The position numbers were made by a program, and so were the translations under genes. Below are positions 24,547 to 35,866 of a stretch of DNA of 64,000 nucleotides, in pieces. Below the pieces are notes generated by a model, which made no database searches, was not told where the DNA came from, and saw only the letters and a program-made list of their open reading frames with translations. Location of the stretch: NCBI RefSeq assembly GCF_003334405.1, contig NZ_QOWM01000007.1, one strand, 5' to 3'. Each line of letters opens with the position of its first letter. The stretch's first letter is position 1. The stretch is from Escherichia coli (GTDB taxonomy: Bacteria; Pseudomonadota; Gammaproteobacteria; Enterobacterales; Enterobacteriaceae).

Positions 24547-24622
24547 GTTGACATAATACAGTGTGCTTTGCGGTTACCAGCCGCAGGCGACTGACGAAAC
24601 CTCGCTCCGGCGGGGTTTTTTG
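24547..24622 (+). ncRNA. istR: Candidate IstR-1 antitoxin sRNA (boundaries approximate)
   Basis: Candidate -10 tatact at 24535-24540; a 21-nt segment (24547-24567) repeats the tisAB leader segment 24319-24339; ends at a hairpin plus gggtttttt at 24601-24622. Confidence 0.5.
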
Positions 24623-24750
24623 TTATCTGCAATTCAGTACAAAACGTGATCAACCCCTCAATTTTCCCTTGCTGAAAAATTTTCCATTGTCTCCCCTGTA
24701 AAGCTGTGCTTGTATAAATATTGTTAAACACAAAACCAACAAGGTCCCCA

Positions 24751-24849
24751 ATGACTACTTCCATGCTCAACGCAAAACTACTACCAACTGCGCCATCCGC
24801 CGCAGTGGTCGTCGTGCGTGTGGTGGTGGTCGTCGGCAATGCGCCGTAG
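24751..24849 (+). CDS. ivbL: ilvB operon leader peptide
   Basis: Translates MTTSMLNAKLLPTAPSAAVVVVRVVVVVGNAP, with the Val/Leu-rich run typical of a branched-chain amino acid attenuation leader. Confidence 0.9.
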   Translation: MTTSMLNAKLLPTAPSAAVVVVRVVVVVGNAP

Positions 24850-24873
24850 GGACTGGAACAACACACGATTCCA

Positions 24874-24907
24874 AAACCCCGCCGGCGCAAACCGGGCGGG
24901 GTTTTTC
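24874..24907 (+). terminator. ilvBN attenuator terminator
   Basis: aaaaccccgcc-ggcgcaaaccg-ggcggggttttt: GC stem flanked by A- and T-runs, 25 bp after the ivbL stop. Confidence 0.75.
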
Positions 24908-24954
24908 GTTTAAGCACCTCCCGGAAAGTCGGCCCAGAAGAAAAGGACTGGAGC

Positions 24955-26643
24955 ATGGCAAGTTCGGGCACAACATCGACGCGTAAGCGCTTTACCGGCG
25001 CAGAATTTATCGTTCATTTCCTGGAACAGCAGGGCATTAAGATTGTGACAGGCATTCCGGGCGGTTCTATCCTGCCTGTTTACGATGCCTTAAGCCAAAG
25101 CACGCAAATCCGCCATATTCTGGCCCGTCATGAACAGGGCGCGGGCTTTATCGCTCAGGGAATGGCGCGCACCGACGGTAAACCGGCGGTCTGTATGGCC
25201 TGTAGCGGACCGGGTGCGACTAACCTGGTGACCGCCATTGCCGATGCGCGGCTGGACTCCATCCCGCTGATTTGCATCACTGGTCAGGTTCCCGCCTCGA
25301 TGATCGGCACCGACGCCTTCCAGGAAGTGGACACCTACGGCATCTCTATCCCCATCACCAAACACAACTATCTGGTCAGACATATCGAAGAACTCCCGCA
25401 GGTCATGAGCGATGCCTTCCGCATTGCGCAATCAGGCCGCCCAGGCCCGGTGTGGATAGACATTCCTAAGGATGTGCAAACGGCAGTTTTTGAGATTGAA
25501 ACACAGCCCGCTATGGCAGAAAAAGCCGCCGCCCCCGCCTTTAGCGAAGAAAGCATTCGTGACGCAGCGGCGATGATTAACGCTGCCAAACGCCCGGTGC
25601 TTTATCTGGGCGGCGGTGTGATCAATGCGCCCGCACGGGTGCGTGAACTGGCGGAGAAAGCGCAACTGCCTACCACCATGACTTTAATGGCGCTGGGCAT
25701 GTTGCCAAAAGCGCATCCGTTGTCGCTGGGTATGCTGGGGATGCACGGCGTGCGCAGCACCAACTATATTTTGCAGGAGGCGGATTTGTTGATAGTGCTC
25801 GGTGCGCGTTTTGATGACCGGGCGATTGGCAAAACCGAGCAGTTCTGTCCGAATGCCAAAATCATTCATGTCGATATCGACCGTGCAGAGCTGGGTAAAA
25901 TCAAGCAGCCGCACGTGGCGATTCAGGCGGATGTTGATGACGTGCTGGCGCAGTTGATCCCGCTGGTGGAAGCGCAACCGCGTGCAGAGTGGCACCAGTT
26001 GGTAGCGGATTTGCAGCGTGAGTTTCCGTGTCCAATCCCGAAAGCGTGCGATCCGTTAAGCCATTACGGCCTGATCAACGCCGTTGCCGCCTGTGTCGAT
26101 GACAATGCAATTATCACCACCGACGTTGGTCAGCATCAGATGTGGACCGCGCAAGCTTATCCGCTCAATCGCCCACGCCAGTGGCTGACCTCCGGTGGGC
26201 TGGGCACGATGGGTTTTGGCCTGCCTGCGGCGATTGGCGCTGCGCTGGCGAACCCGGATCGCAAAGTGTTGTGTTTCTCCGGCGACGGCAGCCTGATGAT
26301 GAATATTCAGGAGATGGCGACCGCCAGTGAAAATCAGCTGGATGTCAAAATCATTCTGATGAACAACGAAGCGCTGGGGCTGGTGCATCAGCAACAGAGT
26401 CTGTTCTACGAGCAAGGCGTTTTTGCCGCCACCTATCCGGGCAAAATCAACTTTATGCAGATTGCCGCCGGATTCGGCCTCGAAACCTGTGATTTGAATA
26501 ACGAAGCCGATCCGCAGGCTTCATTGCAGGAAATCATCAATCGCCCTGGCCCGGCGCTGATCCATGTGCGCATTGATGCCGAAGAAAAAGTTTACCCGAT
26601 GGTGCCGCCAGGTGCGGCGAATACTGAAATGGTGGGGGAATAA
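24955..26643 (+). CDS. ilvB: Acetolactate synthase I large subunit (ThDP-dependent)
   Basis: 562-aa ORF; Shine-Dalgarno aaggactggag; recognised IlvB sequence. Confidence 0.95.
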   Translation: MASSGTTSTRKRFTGAEFIVHFLEQQGIKIVTGIPGGSILPVYDALSQSTQIRHILARHEQGAGFIAQGMARTDGKPAVCMACSGPGATNLVTAIADARLDSIPLICITGQVPASMIGTDAFQEVDTYGISIPITKHNYLVRHIEELPQVMSDAFRIAQSGRPGPVWIDIPKDVQTAVFEIETQPAMAEKAAAPAFSEESIRDAAAMINAAKRPVLYLGGGVINAPARVRELAEKAQLPTTMTLMALGMLPKAHPLSLGMLGMHGVRSTNYILQEADLLIVLGARFDDRAIGKTEQFCPNAKIIHVDIDRAELGKIKQPHVAIQADVDDVLAQLIPLVEAQPRAEWHQLVADLQREFPCPIPKACDPLSHYGLINAVAACVDDNAIITTDVGQHQMWTAQAYPLNRPRQWLTSGGLGTMGFGLPAAIGAALANPDRKVLCFSGDGSLMMNIQEMATASENQLDVKIILMNNEALGLVHQQQSLFYEQGVFAATYPGKINFMQIAAGFGLETCDLNNEADPQASLQEIINRPGPALIHVRIDAEEKVYPMVPPGAANTEMVGE

Positions 26644-26646
26644 GCC

Positions 26647-26937
26647 ATGCAAAACACAACTCATGACAACGTAATTCTGGAGCTCACCGTTCGCAACCAT
26701 CCGGGCGTAATGACCCACGTTTGTGGCCTTTTTGCCCGCCGCGCTTTTAACGTTGAAGGCATTCTTTGTCTGCCGATTCAGGACAGCGACAAAAGCCATA
26801 TCTGGCTACTGGTCAATGACGACCAGCGTCTGGAGCAGATGATAAGCCAAATCGATAAGCTGGAAGATGTCGTGAAAGTGCAGCGTAATCAGTCCGATCC
26901 GACGATGTTTAACAAGATCGCGGTGTTTTTTCAGTAA
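26647..26937 (+). CDS. ilvN: Acetolactate synthase I small (regulatory, ACT-domain) subunit
   Basis: 96-aa ORF 3 bp after the ilvB stop. Confidence 0.95.
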
Positions 26938-26960
26938 CCGCTCAAGGCTTGAACAACATC

Positions 26961-26994
26961 GCGCTTATCGTTAAGGTAAGCGCGTATTTTTTTT
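26961..26994 (+). terminator. Rho-independent terminator after ilvN
   Basis: gcgctta-tcgttaagg-taagcgc hairpin followed by tatttttttt. Confidence 0.55.
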
Positions 26995-27012
26995 ACCCGC
27001 CAGGACAAGACC

Positions 27013-27603
27013 ATGATCACCGTTGCCCTTATAGACGATCACCTCATCGTCCGCTCCGGCTTTGCGCAGCTGCTGGGGCTGGAACCTGATTTGCAGGTAG
27101 TTGCCGAGTTTGGTTCGGGGCGCGAGGCGCTGGCGGGGCTGCCGGGGCGCGGTGTGCAGGTGTGTATTTGCGATATCTCCATGCCCGATATCTCCGGTCT
27201 GGAGCTGCTAAGCCAGCTGCCGAAAGGTATGGCGACGATTATGCTCTCCGTTCACGACAGTCCTGCGCTGGTTGAGCAGGCGCTTAACGCGGGGGCACGC
27301 GGCTTTCTTTCCAAACGCTGTAGCCCGGATGAACTCATTGCTGCGGTGCATACGGTTGCCACGGGCGGCTGTTATCTGACGCCGGATATTGCCATTAAAC
27401 TGGCATCCGGTCGTCAGGACCCGCTAACCAAACGTGAACGCCAGGTGGCGGAAAAACTGGCGCAAGGAATGGCGGTGAAAGAGATTGCCGCCGAACTGGG
27501 CTTGTCACCGAAAACGGTACACGTCCATCGCGCCAATCTGATGGAAAAACTGGGCGTCAGTAACGACGTAGAGCTGGCGCGCCGCATGTTTGATGGCTGG
27601 TGA
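27013..27603 (+). CDS. uhpA: Response regulator UhpA (NarL/FixJ family)
   Basis: 196-aa ORF with a receiver domain (IALIDDH...) and a C-terminal LuxR-type HTH. Confidence 0.95.
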
Positions 27604-29105
27604 TGAAGACGTTGTTCTCCCGCTTAATTACCGTTATTGCCTGCTTTTTTATCTTCTCTGCCGCATGGTTTTGCCTGTGGAGTATCAGCCTGCATCTGGT
27701 TGAGCGCCCTGATATGGCGGTGCTGTTATTTCCGTTTGGTCTGCGTCTGGGGCTAATGCTGCAATGCCCGCGCGGATACTGGCCCGTATTGCTGGGCGCG
27801 GAGTGGCTGCTGATTTACTGGCTAACGCAGGCGGTCGGTTTAACCCATTTTCCGTTATTGATGATCGGTAGTTTACTGACGTTACTGCCCGTAGCGCTGA
27901 TCTCGCGCTATCGCCATCAGCGTGACTGGCGCACCTTGCTGTTACAGGGGGCGGCGTTAACGGCGGCGGCGTTGTTGCAGTCGCTGCCCTGGCTTTGGCA
28001 CGGCAAAGAGTCGTGGAATGCGCTGTTGCTGACTTTAACTGGCGGCCTGACGCTGGCCCCGATATGTCTGGTGTTCTGGCACTATCTCGCCAATAACACC
28101 TGGCTGCCGCTCGGTCCGTCACTGGTTTCTCAGCCAATCAACTGGCGCGGGCGACATCTGGTCTGGTACTTGCTGCTGTTTGTTATCAGTCTCTGGCTCC
28201 AGTTGGGATTGCCGGACGAACTGTCGCGCTTTACGCCATTCTGTCTGGCGCTGCCGATTATCGCGCTGGCCTGGCACTATGGTTGGCAAGGGGCGCTGAT
28301 TGCGACGTTGATGAACGCCATCGCGCTGATCGCCAGTCAAACCTGGCGCGATCATCCGGTGGATTTATTGCTCTCGCTGCTGGTGCAAAGTCTGACAGGG
28401 TTGTTGCTTGGCGCTGGCATCCAGCGGTTGCGTGAACTTAACCAGTCGCTGCAAAAGGAACTGGCGCGCAATCAGCATCTGGCTGAACGGTTGCTGGAAA
28501 CCGAAGAGAGCGTGCGCCGTGATGTGGCGCGTGAGCTGCATGATGATATCGGTCAGACCATCACTGCTATTCGTACTCAGGCGGGCATTGTTCAGCGGCT
28601 GGCGGCAGATAACGCCAGCGTGAAGCAGAGCGGGCAGCTCATCGAACAACTATCGCTGGGCGTTTACGACGCGGTGCGCCGTTTGTTGGGTCGGTTACGT
28701 CCGCGCCAGTTGGATGATCTCACCCTGGAGCAGGCCATCCGCTCACTGATGCGGGAAATGGAGCTGGAAGGGCGCGGTATTGTCAGCCATCTCGAATGGC
28801 GAATCGATGAATCAGCGTTAAGCGAAAACCAGCGCGTGACGCTGTTTCGTGTCTGCCAGGAAGGGCTGAACAACATTGTGAAACATGCTGATGCCAGCGC
28901 GGTCACCCTGCAAGGCTGGCAGCAGGATGAACGGTTGATGCTGGTTATTGAAGACGATGGCAGCGGTTTGCCGCCGGGTTCCGGGCAACAAGGTTTTGGC
29001 CTCACCGGAATGCGCGAGCGCGTAACGGCGCTGGGTGGCACATTACACATTTCCTGTCTGCACGGCACGCGTGTCAGCGTTTCTCTACCTCAACGCTATG
29101 TCTAA
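27603..29105 (+). CDS. uhpB: Sensor histidine kinase UhpB
   Basis: Membrane N-terminal half and a C-terminal kinase containing the H-box ELHDDIGQ; ATG at 27603 overlaps the uhpA stop (the ORF-track start at 27600 is GTG). Confidence 0.9.
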
Positions 29106-29114
29106 GGTTTGATG

Positions 29115-30434
29115 ATGTTGCCGTTTCTGAAAGCGCCTGCCGATGCGCCATTAATGACTGATAAATATGAAATTGATGCCCGCTATCGCTACTGGCGTCG
29201 GCATATTCTGCTGACCATCTGGCTGGGTTACGCGCTGTTTTACTTCACGCGGAAAAGTTTTAACGCCGCCGTACCAGAAATCCTTGCTAACGGCGTGCTC
29301 AGCCGTAGCGATATCGGCCTGTTAGCGACCCTGTTTTACATTACCTATGGCGTGTCGAAGTTTGTCTCCGGCATTGTCAGCGATCGCTCAAATGCCCGTT
29401 ATTTTATGGGGATAGGGCTTATCGCCACGGGCATTATCAACATTCTGTTTGGCTTCTCGACGTCGCTATGGGCGTTTGCCGTGCTCTGGGTGCTGAACGC
29501 CTTTTTCCAGGGCTGGGGTTCACCGGTGTGTGCGCGTCTGTTAACGGCCTGGTATTCACGTACCGAGCGCGGCGGTTGGTGGGCATTATGGAACACGGCG
29601 CATAACGTCGGCGGCGCACTCATTCCCATTGTGATGGCAGCGGCTGCGCTGCATTACGGCTGGCGTGCCGGGATGATGATTGCTGGTTGTATGGCGATAG
29701 TCGTGGGGATTTTTCTCTGCTGGCGGCTACGCGATCGCCCGCAGGCGTTAGGTTTACCGGCGGTCGGTGAATGGCGACACGACGCGCTGGAAATTGCTCA
29801 ACAACAAGAAGGGGCAGGGTTGACGCGTAAAGAGATCCTCACCAAATATGTGTTGCTGAATCCGTATATCTGGCTGCTTTCGTTTTGCTATGTGCTGGTC
29901 TATGTGGTCCGGGCGGCGATCAACGACTGGGGCAATTTGTATATGTCCGAGACACTGGGCGTCGATCTGGTCACGGCGAATACGGCAGTGACGATGTTTG
30001 AACTGGGCGGATTTATCGGTGCGCTGGTAGCCGGTTGGGGCTCGGACAAATTGTTTAACGGCAACCGAGGGCCGATGAATTTGATTTTCGCCGCCGGAAT
30101 TTTGCTTTCAGTCGGCTCCCTGTGGCTGATGCCATTTGCCAGCTACGTGATGCAGGCAACCTGCTTCTTCACCATTGGTTTTTTTGTCTTTGGCCCACAG
30201 ATGTTAATCGGTATGGCGGCGGCAGAGTGTTCCCACAAAGAGGCGGCAGGGGCGGCGACGGGGTTTGTCGGCTTGTTTGCTTATCTGGGGGCGTCGCTTG
30301 CTGGTTGGCCGCTGGCGAAAGTACTCGATACCTGGCACTGGAGCGGATTTTTTGTGGTTATCTCTATCGCCGCCGGGATTTCCGCACTGCTGTTACTGCC
30401 CTTTTTGAACGCCCAGACACCGCGCGAAGCGTGA
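29115..30434 (+). CDS. uhpC: Glucose-6-phosphate sensor UhpC (MFS, organophosphate:phosphate antiporter family)
   Basis: ORF 29109..30434 (TTG) trimmed to MLPFLKAPADAPLMTDKYEID... (439 aa); paralogue of the adjacent UhpT. Confidence 0.9.
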   Translation: MLPFLKAPADAPLMTDKYEIDARYRYWRRHILLTIWLGYALFYFTRKSFNAAVPEILANGVLSRSDIGLLATLFYITYGVSKFVSGIVSDRSNARYFMGIGLIATGIINILFGFSTSLWAFAVLWVLNAFFQGWGSPVCARLLTAWYSRTERGGWWALWNTAHNVGGALIPIVMAAAALHYGWRAGMMIAGCMAIVVGIFLCWRLRDRPQALGLPAVGEWRHDALEIAQQQEGAGLTRKEILTKYVLLNPYIWLLSFCYVLVYVVRAAINDWGNLYMSETLGVDLVTANTAVTMFELGGFIGALVAGWGSDKLFNGNRGPMNLIFAAGILLSVGSLWLMPFASYVMQATCFFTIGFFVFGPQMLIGMAAAECSHKEAAGAATGFVGLFAYLGASLAGWPLAKVLDTWHWSGFFVVISIAAGISALLLLPFLNAQTPREA

Positions 30435-30571
30435 TGCATCTCACCTTTTCACTTCATATCCGGCAAAACTAAGAAATTTTCCAGGTTTTGCCTGGACGCT
30501 ATCTCAGGCCTGATTTGCTGCTGATTTTTACAATGCATGCCTCACGCAGGTATTCATTTCAGGAGTAACCC

Positions 30572-31963
30572 ATGCTGGCTTTCTTAAACCAGGTTCGCAA
30601 GCCGACCCTGGACCTTCCGCTCGAAGTGCGGCGCAAAATGTGGTTCAAACCGTTCATGCAATCCTACCTGGTGGTCTTTATCGGCTACCTGACGATGTAC
30701 CTGATTCGCAAGAACTTTAACATCGCGCAGAACGATATGATTTCGACCTACGGGTTGAGCATGACGCAGCTGGGGATGATCGGCCTGGGTTTCTCCATCA
30801 CTTATGGCGTGGGTAAAACGCTGGTTTCCTACTACGCCGACGGCAAAAACACCAAACAATTCCTGCCGTTCATGCTGATCCTCTCTGCTATTTGTATGCT
30901 GGGCTTCAGTGCCAGTATGGGCAGCGGCTCGGTTAGCCTGTTCCTGATGATTGCCTTCTACGCCTTAAGCGGCTTTTTCCAGAGTACCGGCGGTTCGTGC
31001 AGTTACTCCACCATCACCAAATGGACGCCGCGTCGTAAACGCGGGACATTCCTCGGTTTCTGGAATATTTCTCACAACCTTGGCGGTGCAGGCGCAGCAG
31101 GTGTGGCGCTGTTCGGGGCAAATTACCTGTTCGATGGCCATGTCATCGGCATGTTTATCTTCCCGTCGATTATCGCGCTGATTGTCGGTTTTATCGGCCT
31201 GCGTTACGGCAGCGACTCCCCGGAATCTTATGGCCTCGGCAAAGCTGAAGAACTGTTCGGCGAGGAGATCAGCGAAGAGGACAAAGAGACAGAATCTACC
31301 GATATGACCAAGTGGCAGATCTTTGTTGAGTATGTGCTGAAAAACAAAGTGATCTGGCTGCTGTGCTTCGCCAACATTTTCCTCTATGTGGTACGTATTG
31401 GTATCGACCAGTGGTCAACCGTATACGCGTTCCAGGAACTGAAACTCTCTAAAGCGGTGGCGATTCAGGGCTTTACGCTGTTTGAAGCTGGTGCGCTGGT
31501 CGGTACGCTGCTGTGGGGCTGGCTCTCTGACCTGGCGAACGGTCGCCGTGGCCTGGTGGCCTGCATCGCGCTGGCGCTGATTATCGCCACGCTCGGTGTG
31601 TATCAACATGCCAGTAACGAATATATCTATCTGGCTTCTCTCTTTGCGTTGGGTTTCCTGGTCTTTGGCCCGCAATTGTTGATTGGTGTGGCTGCTGTTG
31701 GCTTTGTACCTAAAAAAGCGATTGGCGCTGCCGATGGTATTAAAGGCACCTTTGCTTACCTGATTGGTGACAGCTTTGCCAAGTTAGGTCTGGGAATGAT
31801 TGCCGATGGGACGCCGGTATTCGGCCTTACCGGCTGGGCAGGCACCTTCGCCGCGCTGGATATCGCCGCGATTGGTTGTATCTGCCTGATGGCGATAGTG
31901 GCGGTAATGGAAGAACGCAAAATCCGCCGCGAGAAAAAAATTCAGCAGTTGACAGTGGCATAA
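30572..31963 (+). CDS. uhpT: Hexose-6-phosphate:phosphate antiporter UhpT
   Basis: 463-aa ORF; Shine-Dalgarno aggag at 30561-30565; recognised UhpT sequence. Confidence 0.95.
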
Positions 31964-31981
31964 ACGTAACTGGTGACTTTT

Positions 31982-32007
31982 GCCCGGCATGACGCCGGGC
32001 TTTTTTT
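31982..32007. terminator. Terminator hairpin between convergent uhpT and ade
   Basis: gcccggcatgacgccgggc hairpin followed by ttttttt. Confidence 0.7.
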
Positions 32008-32008
32008 A

Positions 32009-33775
32009 TTATTCCGTGACTTCCAGCGTAGTGAAGGCAAACTTCTCGCCATCAAATAGCCCCTGACTGGTTAGTTTTAGCGCGGGGATCACTGGCAGAG
32101 AAAGAAACGCCATCTGAATAAACGGCTCATCGGGTAACGGACCGCATTCACGGGCGGCGGCTTTCAAGGCGTCAATTTGTTCCGCCAGCGACTGCGCCGT
32201 GTCGGTGCTCATCAGCCCGGCAATGGGTAACGGCAGATGACTTTGTACCTGGCCGTTACGTACCACGCACAGCCCGCCGCCATCCTGAATCACCTGATTG
32301 ACCGCCAGCGCCATCTCTTCGGCACTGCGACCGATCACCACAATATTATGGCTGTCATGGCTGACCGTCGCAGCCAGCGCACCTTCATTCAGTCCAAAGC
32401 CGCCAAGCAAACCACAAGCCGGAGCCAGCCGTTGCCCGTAACGCTCAAGTACGGCAATAAAGCTCACATCATCGCGATCAAAACCATTTTCGCTGTAGAC
32501 GCTGGAGTGGGAGTGCGTAATCAATTCGTTATGGATGACGTCAATGACCCGATAGCGTTTTCCGGGCGTAAATTGCAGGGCAAAGTCGCTGGCGGAAACT
32601 GGCTGGCGGGCAATGGTGTTGCCATATGGCGGAGCGGATTGTGCCAGTCTCGCCGACTCTTCCGCCTGTAAGGTTTGCGCATCAATCGGCTCGCCTTTCA
32701 CCAGTACCTGCTGCACCGTGACCTTACGCGCATCGCTCAACAGGACGATATCGGCCTGCTTGCCGGGTGCCAGTAAGCCGAGGTGATTCAGACCAAAGTG
32801 GCGCGCCGTCGACCAGCTGGCGACGCGATATGCCACATGCAGCGGCACATTGTGTTGTTCGATCAGGCGGCGAATTAAGGCATCGATGTGTCCTTCATGG
32901 GCGATCTCCCACGGGTTACGGTCATCGGTACAGAGCATGCATTGCGGGCTGTTAAATTCGTTGATCAACGGTGCCAGCGCGTTGAGATTGCGGGCAGCGG
33001 ACCCTTCGCGGATCATCAACGACATGCCGAGTTGTAATTTCCGGCGTCCTTCTTCCAGCTGATAACTTTCGTGGCAGTTTTCAATACCCGCAGTAATATA
33101 GGCGTTAAGTTCTTTACCACCCAAACCCGGGCAGTGACCGTCCAGCGTCAGGTGGCGAAATGCATCCAGTTTATCGAGCAGCGCATTCTGCCCGCTAATT
33201 ACGCCAGGGTAGTCCATCATTTCTGCAAGGCCGGTAACCTGCGGATGGTCCCGCCAGGCGAGCATCTGTTCAAGGGTAAAACTGGCACCGTTAACATCGC
33301 AGCCTTCCAGGGCGGGTACGCAAGAGCTGACCTGTAAGTACTGGTTTTGCCTTGCCTGTTCGGCACAGCGGGCAAACCAGGCGAATCCGGCTTCGCCCAT
33401 CACGTTGACGATTTCATGAGGGTCGCAAATAACGGTCGTCAGGCCGCGCGGCAGGGTAGCGGTTTCAAAAGTGACCGGCGTCATCATGCTGGATTCAATA
33501 TGCAGGTGAGCATCAATAAACCCTGGCACCGCCGTTGCGCCGCGAGCATCAATCCGCTGCAAAGCCGGAGCATCAGTGTATTCTGCGCCAACACCGGCAA
33601 TGTAACGTCCTTTAATCACAATTGGGCCGGAAATTTCTCCGCCATTGATCAGGTCGAGAATAGAGACATTATCAATAATATAATCGGCAACAGCGTCGCC
33701 ACGGGAAACGGCTAACAATTCCTGGTATTCAGCCCGGCTAATGTGATGAAATTTATGGTTAATAGAATTATTCAT
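32009..33775 (-). CDS. ade: Adenine deaminase
   Basis: 588-aa ORF with amidohydrolase metal-binding motifs ([13 protein letters not shown]). Confidence 0.95.
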
Positions 33776-33949
33776 ATTTTTCTCATTTTGATTTTATCAA
33801 TTTGATTATTATTTATCATAAAGAAACGTCGCGAGATTATTAAAGAATATCCATTAATGTGCAATTGAAATGTGATAATTATCACTGAACCGTTGTTGTC
33901 ATTTGTTTTACAAAAGCAAGGGATTAAATCTCCTCCAATGGACAAAAAA

Positions 33950-35284
33950 ATGAATAATGACAATACCGATTACGTGAGTAATGAATCAGGGACGCTTTCG
34001 CGATTATTTAAACTACCTCAGCATGGGACCACCGTCCGCACAGAATTGATTGCGGGGATGACCACTTTTTTAACCATGGTGTACATCGTTTTTGTGAACC
34101 CGCAAATCCTCGGCGCGGCACAAATGGACCCGAAAGTGGTGTTTGTTACCACCTGTTTGATTGCCGGTATCGGCAGTATTGCGATGGGGATATTTGCTAA
34201 CTTACCCGTGGCGCTGGCTCCGGCAATGGGGCTGAACGCCTTCTTTGCCTTCGTGGTCGTGGGGGCGATGGGCATCTCCTGGCAGACCGGGATGGGCGCA
34301 ATATTCTGGGGCGCAGTTGGACTATTTTTGCTCACGCTGTTTCGTATCCGGTACTGGATGATCTCCAACATTCCCTTAAGTTTACGTATTGGTATCACCA
34401 GCGGAATTGGATTATTTATCGCCTTAATGGGATTAAAAAATACTGGCGTTATTGTCGCCAATAAAGACACGCTGGTGATGATTGGCGATTTAAGTTCTCA
34501 CGGCGTGTTGTTAGGTATTTTAGGGTTTTTTATTATAACCGTGTTGTCATCACGTCATTTTCATGCCGCGGTGCTGGTTTCTATTGTGGTGACGTCTTGC
34601 TGTGGATTATTTTTCGGTGATGTTCATTTTAGCGGCGTCTATTCCATTCCGCCTGATATTAGCGGCGTCATTGGTGAAGTAGATTTGAGCGGCGCGTTAA
34701 CACTTGAACTCGCCGGTATCATTTTCTCCTTTATGCTGATCAACCTATTTGATTCATCAGGAACATTAATTGGTGTAACTGATAAAGCGGGCTTAATAGA
34801 TGGTAACGGTAAATTCCCCAATATGAATAAGGCGCTGTATGTTGATAGCGTCAGTTCGGTGGCGGGTGCGTTTATCGGCACCTCGTCTGTTACTGCCTAT
34901 ATTGAAAGTACTTCTGGTGTGGCAGTCGGTGGCCGCACGGGGCTGACTGCGGTTGTGGTTGGCGTTATGTTCCTGTTGGTTATGTTCTTCTCACCGCTGG
35001 TGGCGATAGTTCCTCCTTACGCAACCGCCGGAGCGTTAATCTTTGTTGGCGTGCTGATGACTTCGAGCCTGGCGCGCGTTAACTGGGATGATTTTACCGA
35101 ATCGGTGCCTGCGTTTATTACCACGGTGATGATGCCCTTTACTTTCTCGATCACCGAAGGGATTGCACTCGGCTTTATGTCGTACTGCATCATGAAAGTA
35201 TGCACCGGGCGCTGGCGCGATCTGAACCTGTGTGTGGTGGTGGTCGCAGCTCTGTTTGCACTGAAGATTATTCTGGTGGATTAG
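33950..35284 (+). CDS. adeQ: Adenine permease (NCS2/AzgA family)
   Basis: ORF 33872..35284 trimmed to MNNDNTDYVSNESGTLSRLF... (444 aa); an alternative ATG lies at 33938. Confidence 0.85.
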   Translation: MNNDNTDYVSNESGTLSRLFKLPQHGTTVRTELIAGMTTFLTMVYIVFVNPQILGAAQMDPKVVFVTTCLIAGIGSIAMGIFANLPVALAPAMGLNAFFAFVVVGAMGISWQTGMGAIFWGAVGLFLLTLFRIRYWMISNIPLSLRIGITSGIGLFIALMGLKNTGVIVANKDTLVMIGDLSSHGVLLGILGFFIITVLSSRHFHAAVLVSIVVTSCCGLFFGDVHFSGVYSIPPDISGVIGEVDLSGALTLELAGIIFSFMLINLFDSSGTLIGVTDKAGLIDGNGKFPNMNKALYVDSVSSVAGAFIGTSSVTAYIESTSGVAVGGRTGLTAVVVGVMFLLVMFFSPLVAIVPPYATAGALIFVGVLMTSSLARVNWDDFTESVPAFITTVMMPFTFSITEGIALGFMSYCIMKVCTGRWRDLNLCVVVVAALFALKIILVD

Positions 35285-35336
35285 TAACTGGCGAGGGTTT
35301 CCAGATATCATGAGTTCTGATTACGCAGGAGAACTC

Positions 35337-35789
35337 ATGATCTGGATAATGCTCGCCACGCTGGCGGTAGTGTTTGTGGTTGGTTTTCGGGTGCTGACAT
35401 CCGGGGCCAGAAAAGCGATTCGCCGTCTCAGCGATCGGCTGAACATCGATGTCGTACCCGTGGAGTCGATGGTCGATCAAATGGGAAAGTCAGCTGGTGA
35501 CGAATTTTTACGTTATTTGCATCGTCCGGATGAGTCGCACCTGCAAAACGCCGCGCAGGTGTTGCTCATCTGGCAAATTGTCATTGTCGATGGTAGCGAA
35601 CAGAACCTGCTGCAATGGCATCGGATTTTACAAAAAGCTCGCCTCGCCGCGCCGATTACCGACGCTCAGGTCAGGCTGGCGCTAGGTTTTCTGCGCGAAA
35701 CCGAACCTGAAATGCAGGATATTAATGCTTTTCAGATGCGCTATAACGCGTTCTTTCAGCCTGCCGAGGGCGTTCACTGGTTGCATTGA
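35337..35789 (+). CDS. yicN: DUF1198 protein YicN
   Basis: ORF 35310..35789 trimmed to MIWIMLATLAVVFVVG... (150 aa); single N-terminal transmembrane helix. Confidence 0.8.
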   Translation: MIWIMLATLAVVFVVGFRVLTSGARKAIRRLSDRLNIDVVPVESMVDQMGKSAGDEFLRYLHRPDESHLQNAAQVLLIWQIVIVDGSEQNLLQWHRILQKARLAAPITDAQVRLALGFLRETEPEMQDINAFQMRYNAFFQPAEGVHWLH

Positions 35790-35795
35790 AACCGT

Positions 35796-35866
35796 TTCGT
35801 CTTATCAGCCTACAGACCGCGCCTGACCTGTCGGGTGGATAAGACGTTCACGCCGCATCCGGTAAT
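35796..35866. repeat. Pair of REP elements
   Basis: cgtcttatcagcctac ... ggataagacgttcacgccgcatccgg match the REP consensus; they overlap the spurious 5' extension of the nepI ORF. Confidence 0.5.

Noticed and set aside
24474-24971. 165-aa minus-strand ORF across the ivbL/ilvB leader
   Set aside because: It is antisense to the leader peptide, the attenuator and the ilvB start; a long open frame through GC-rich regulatory DNA with no RBS.
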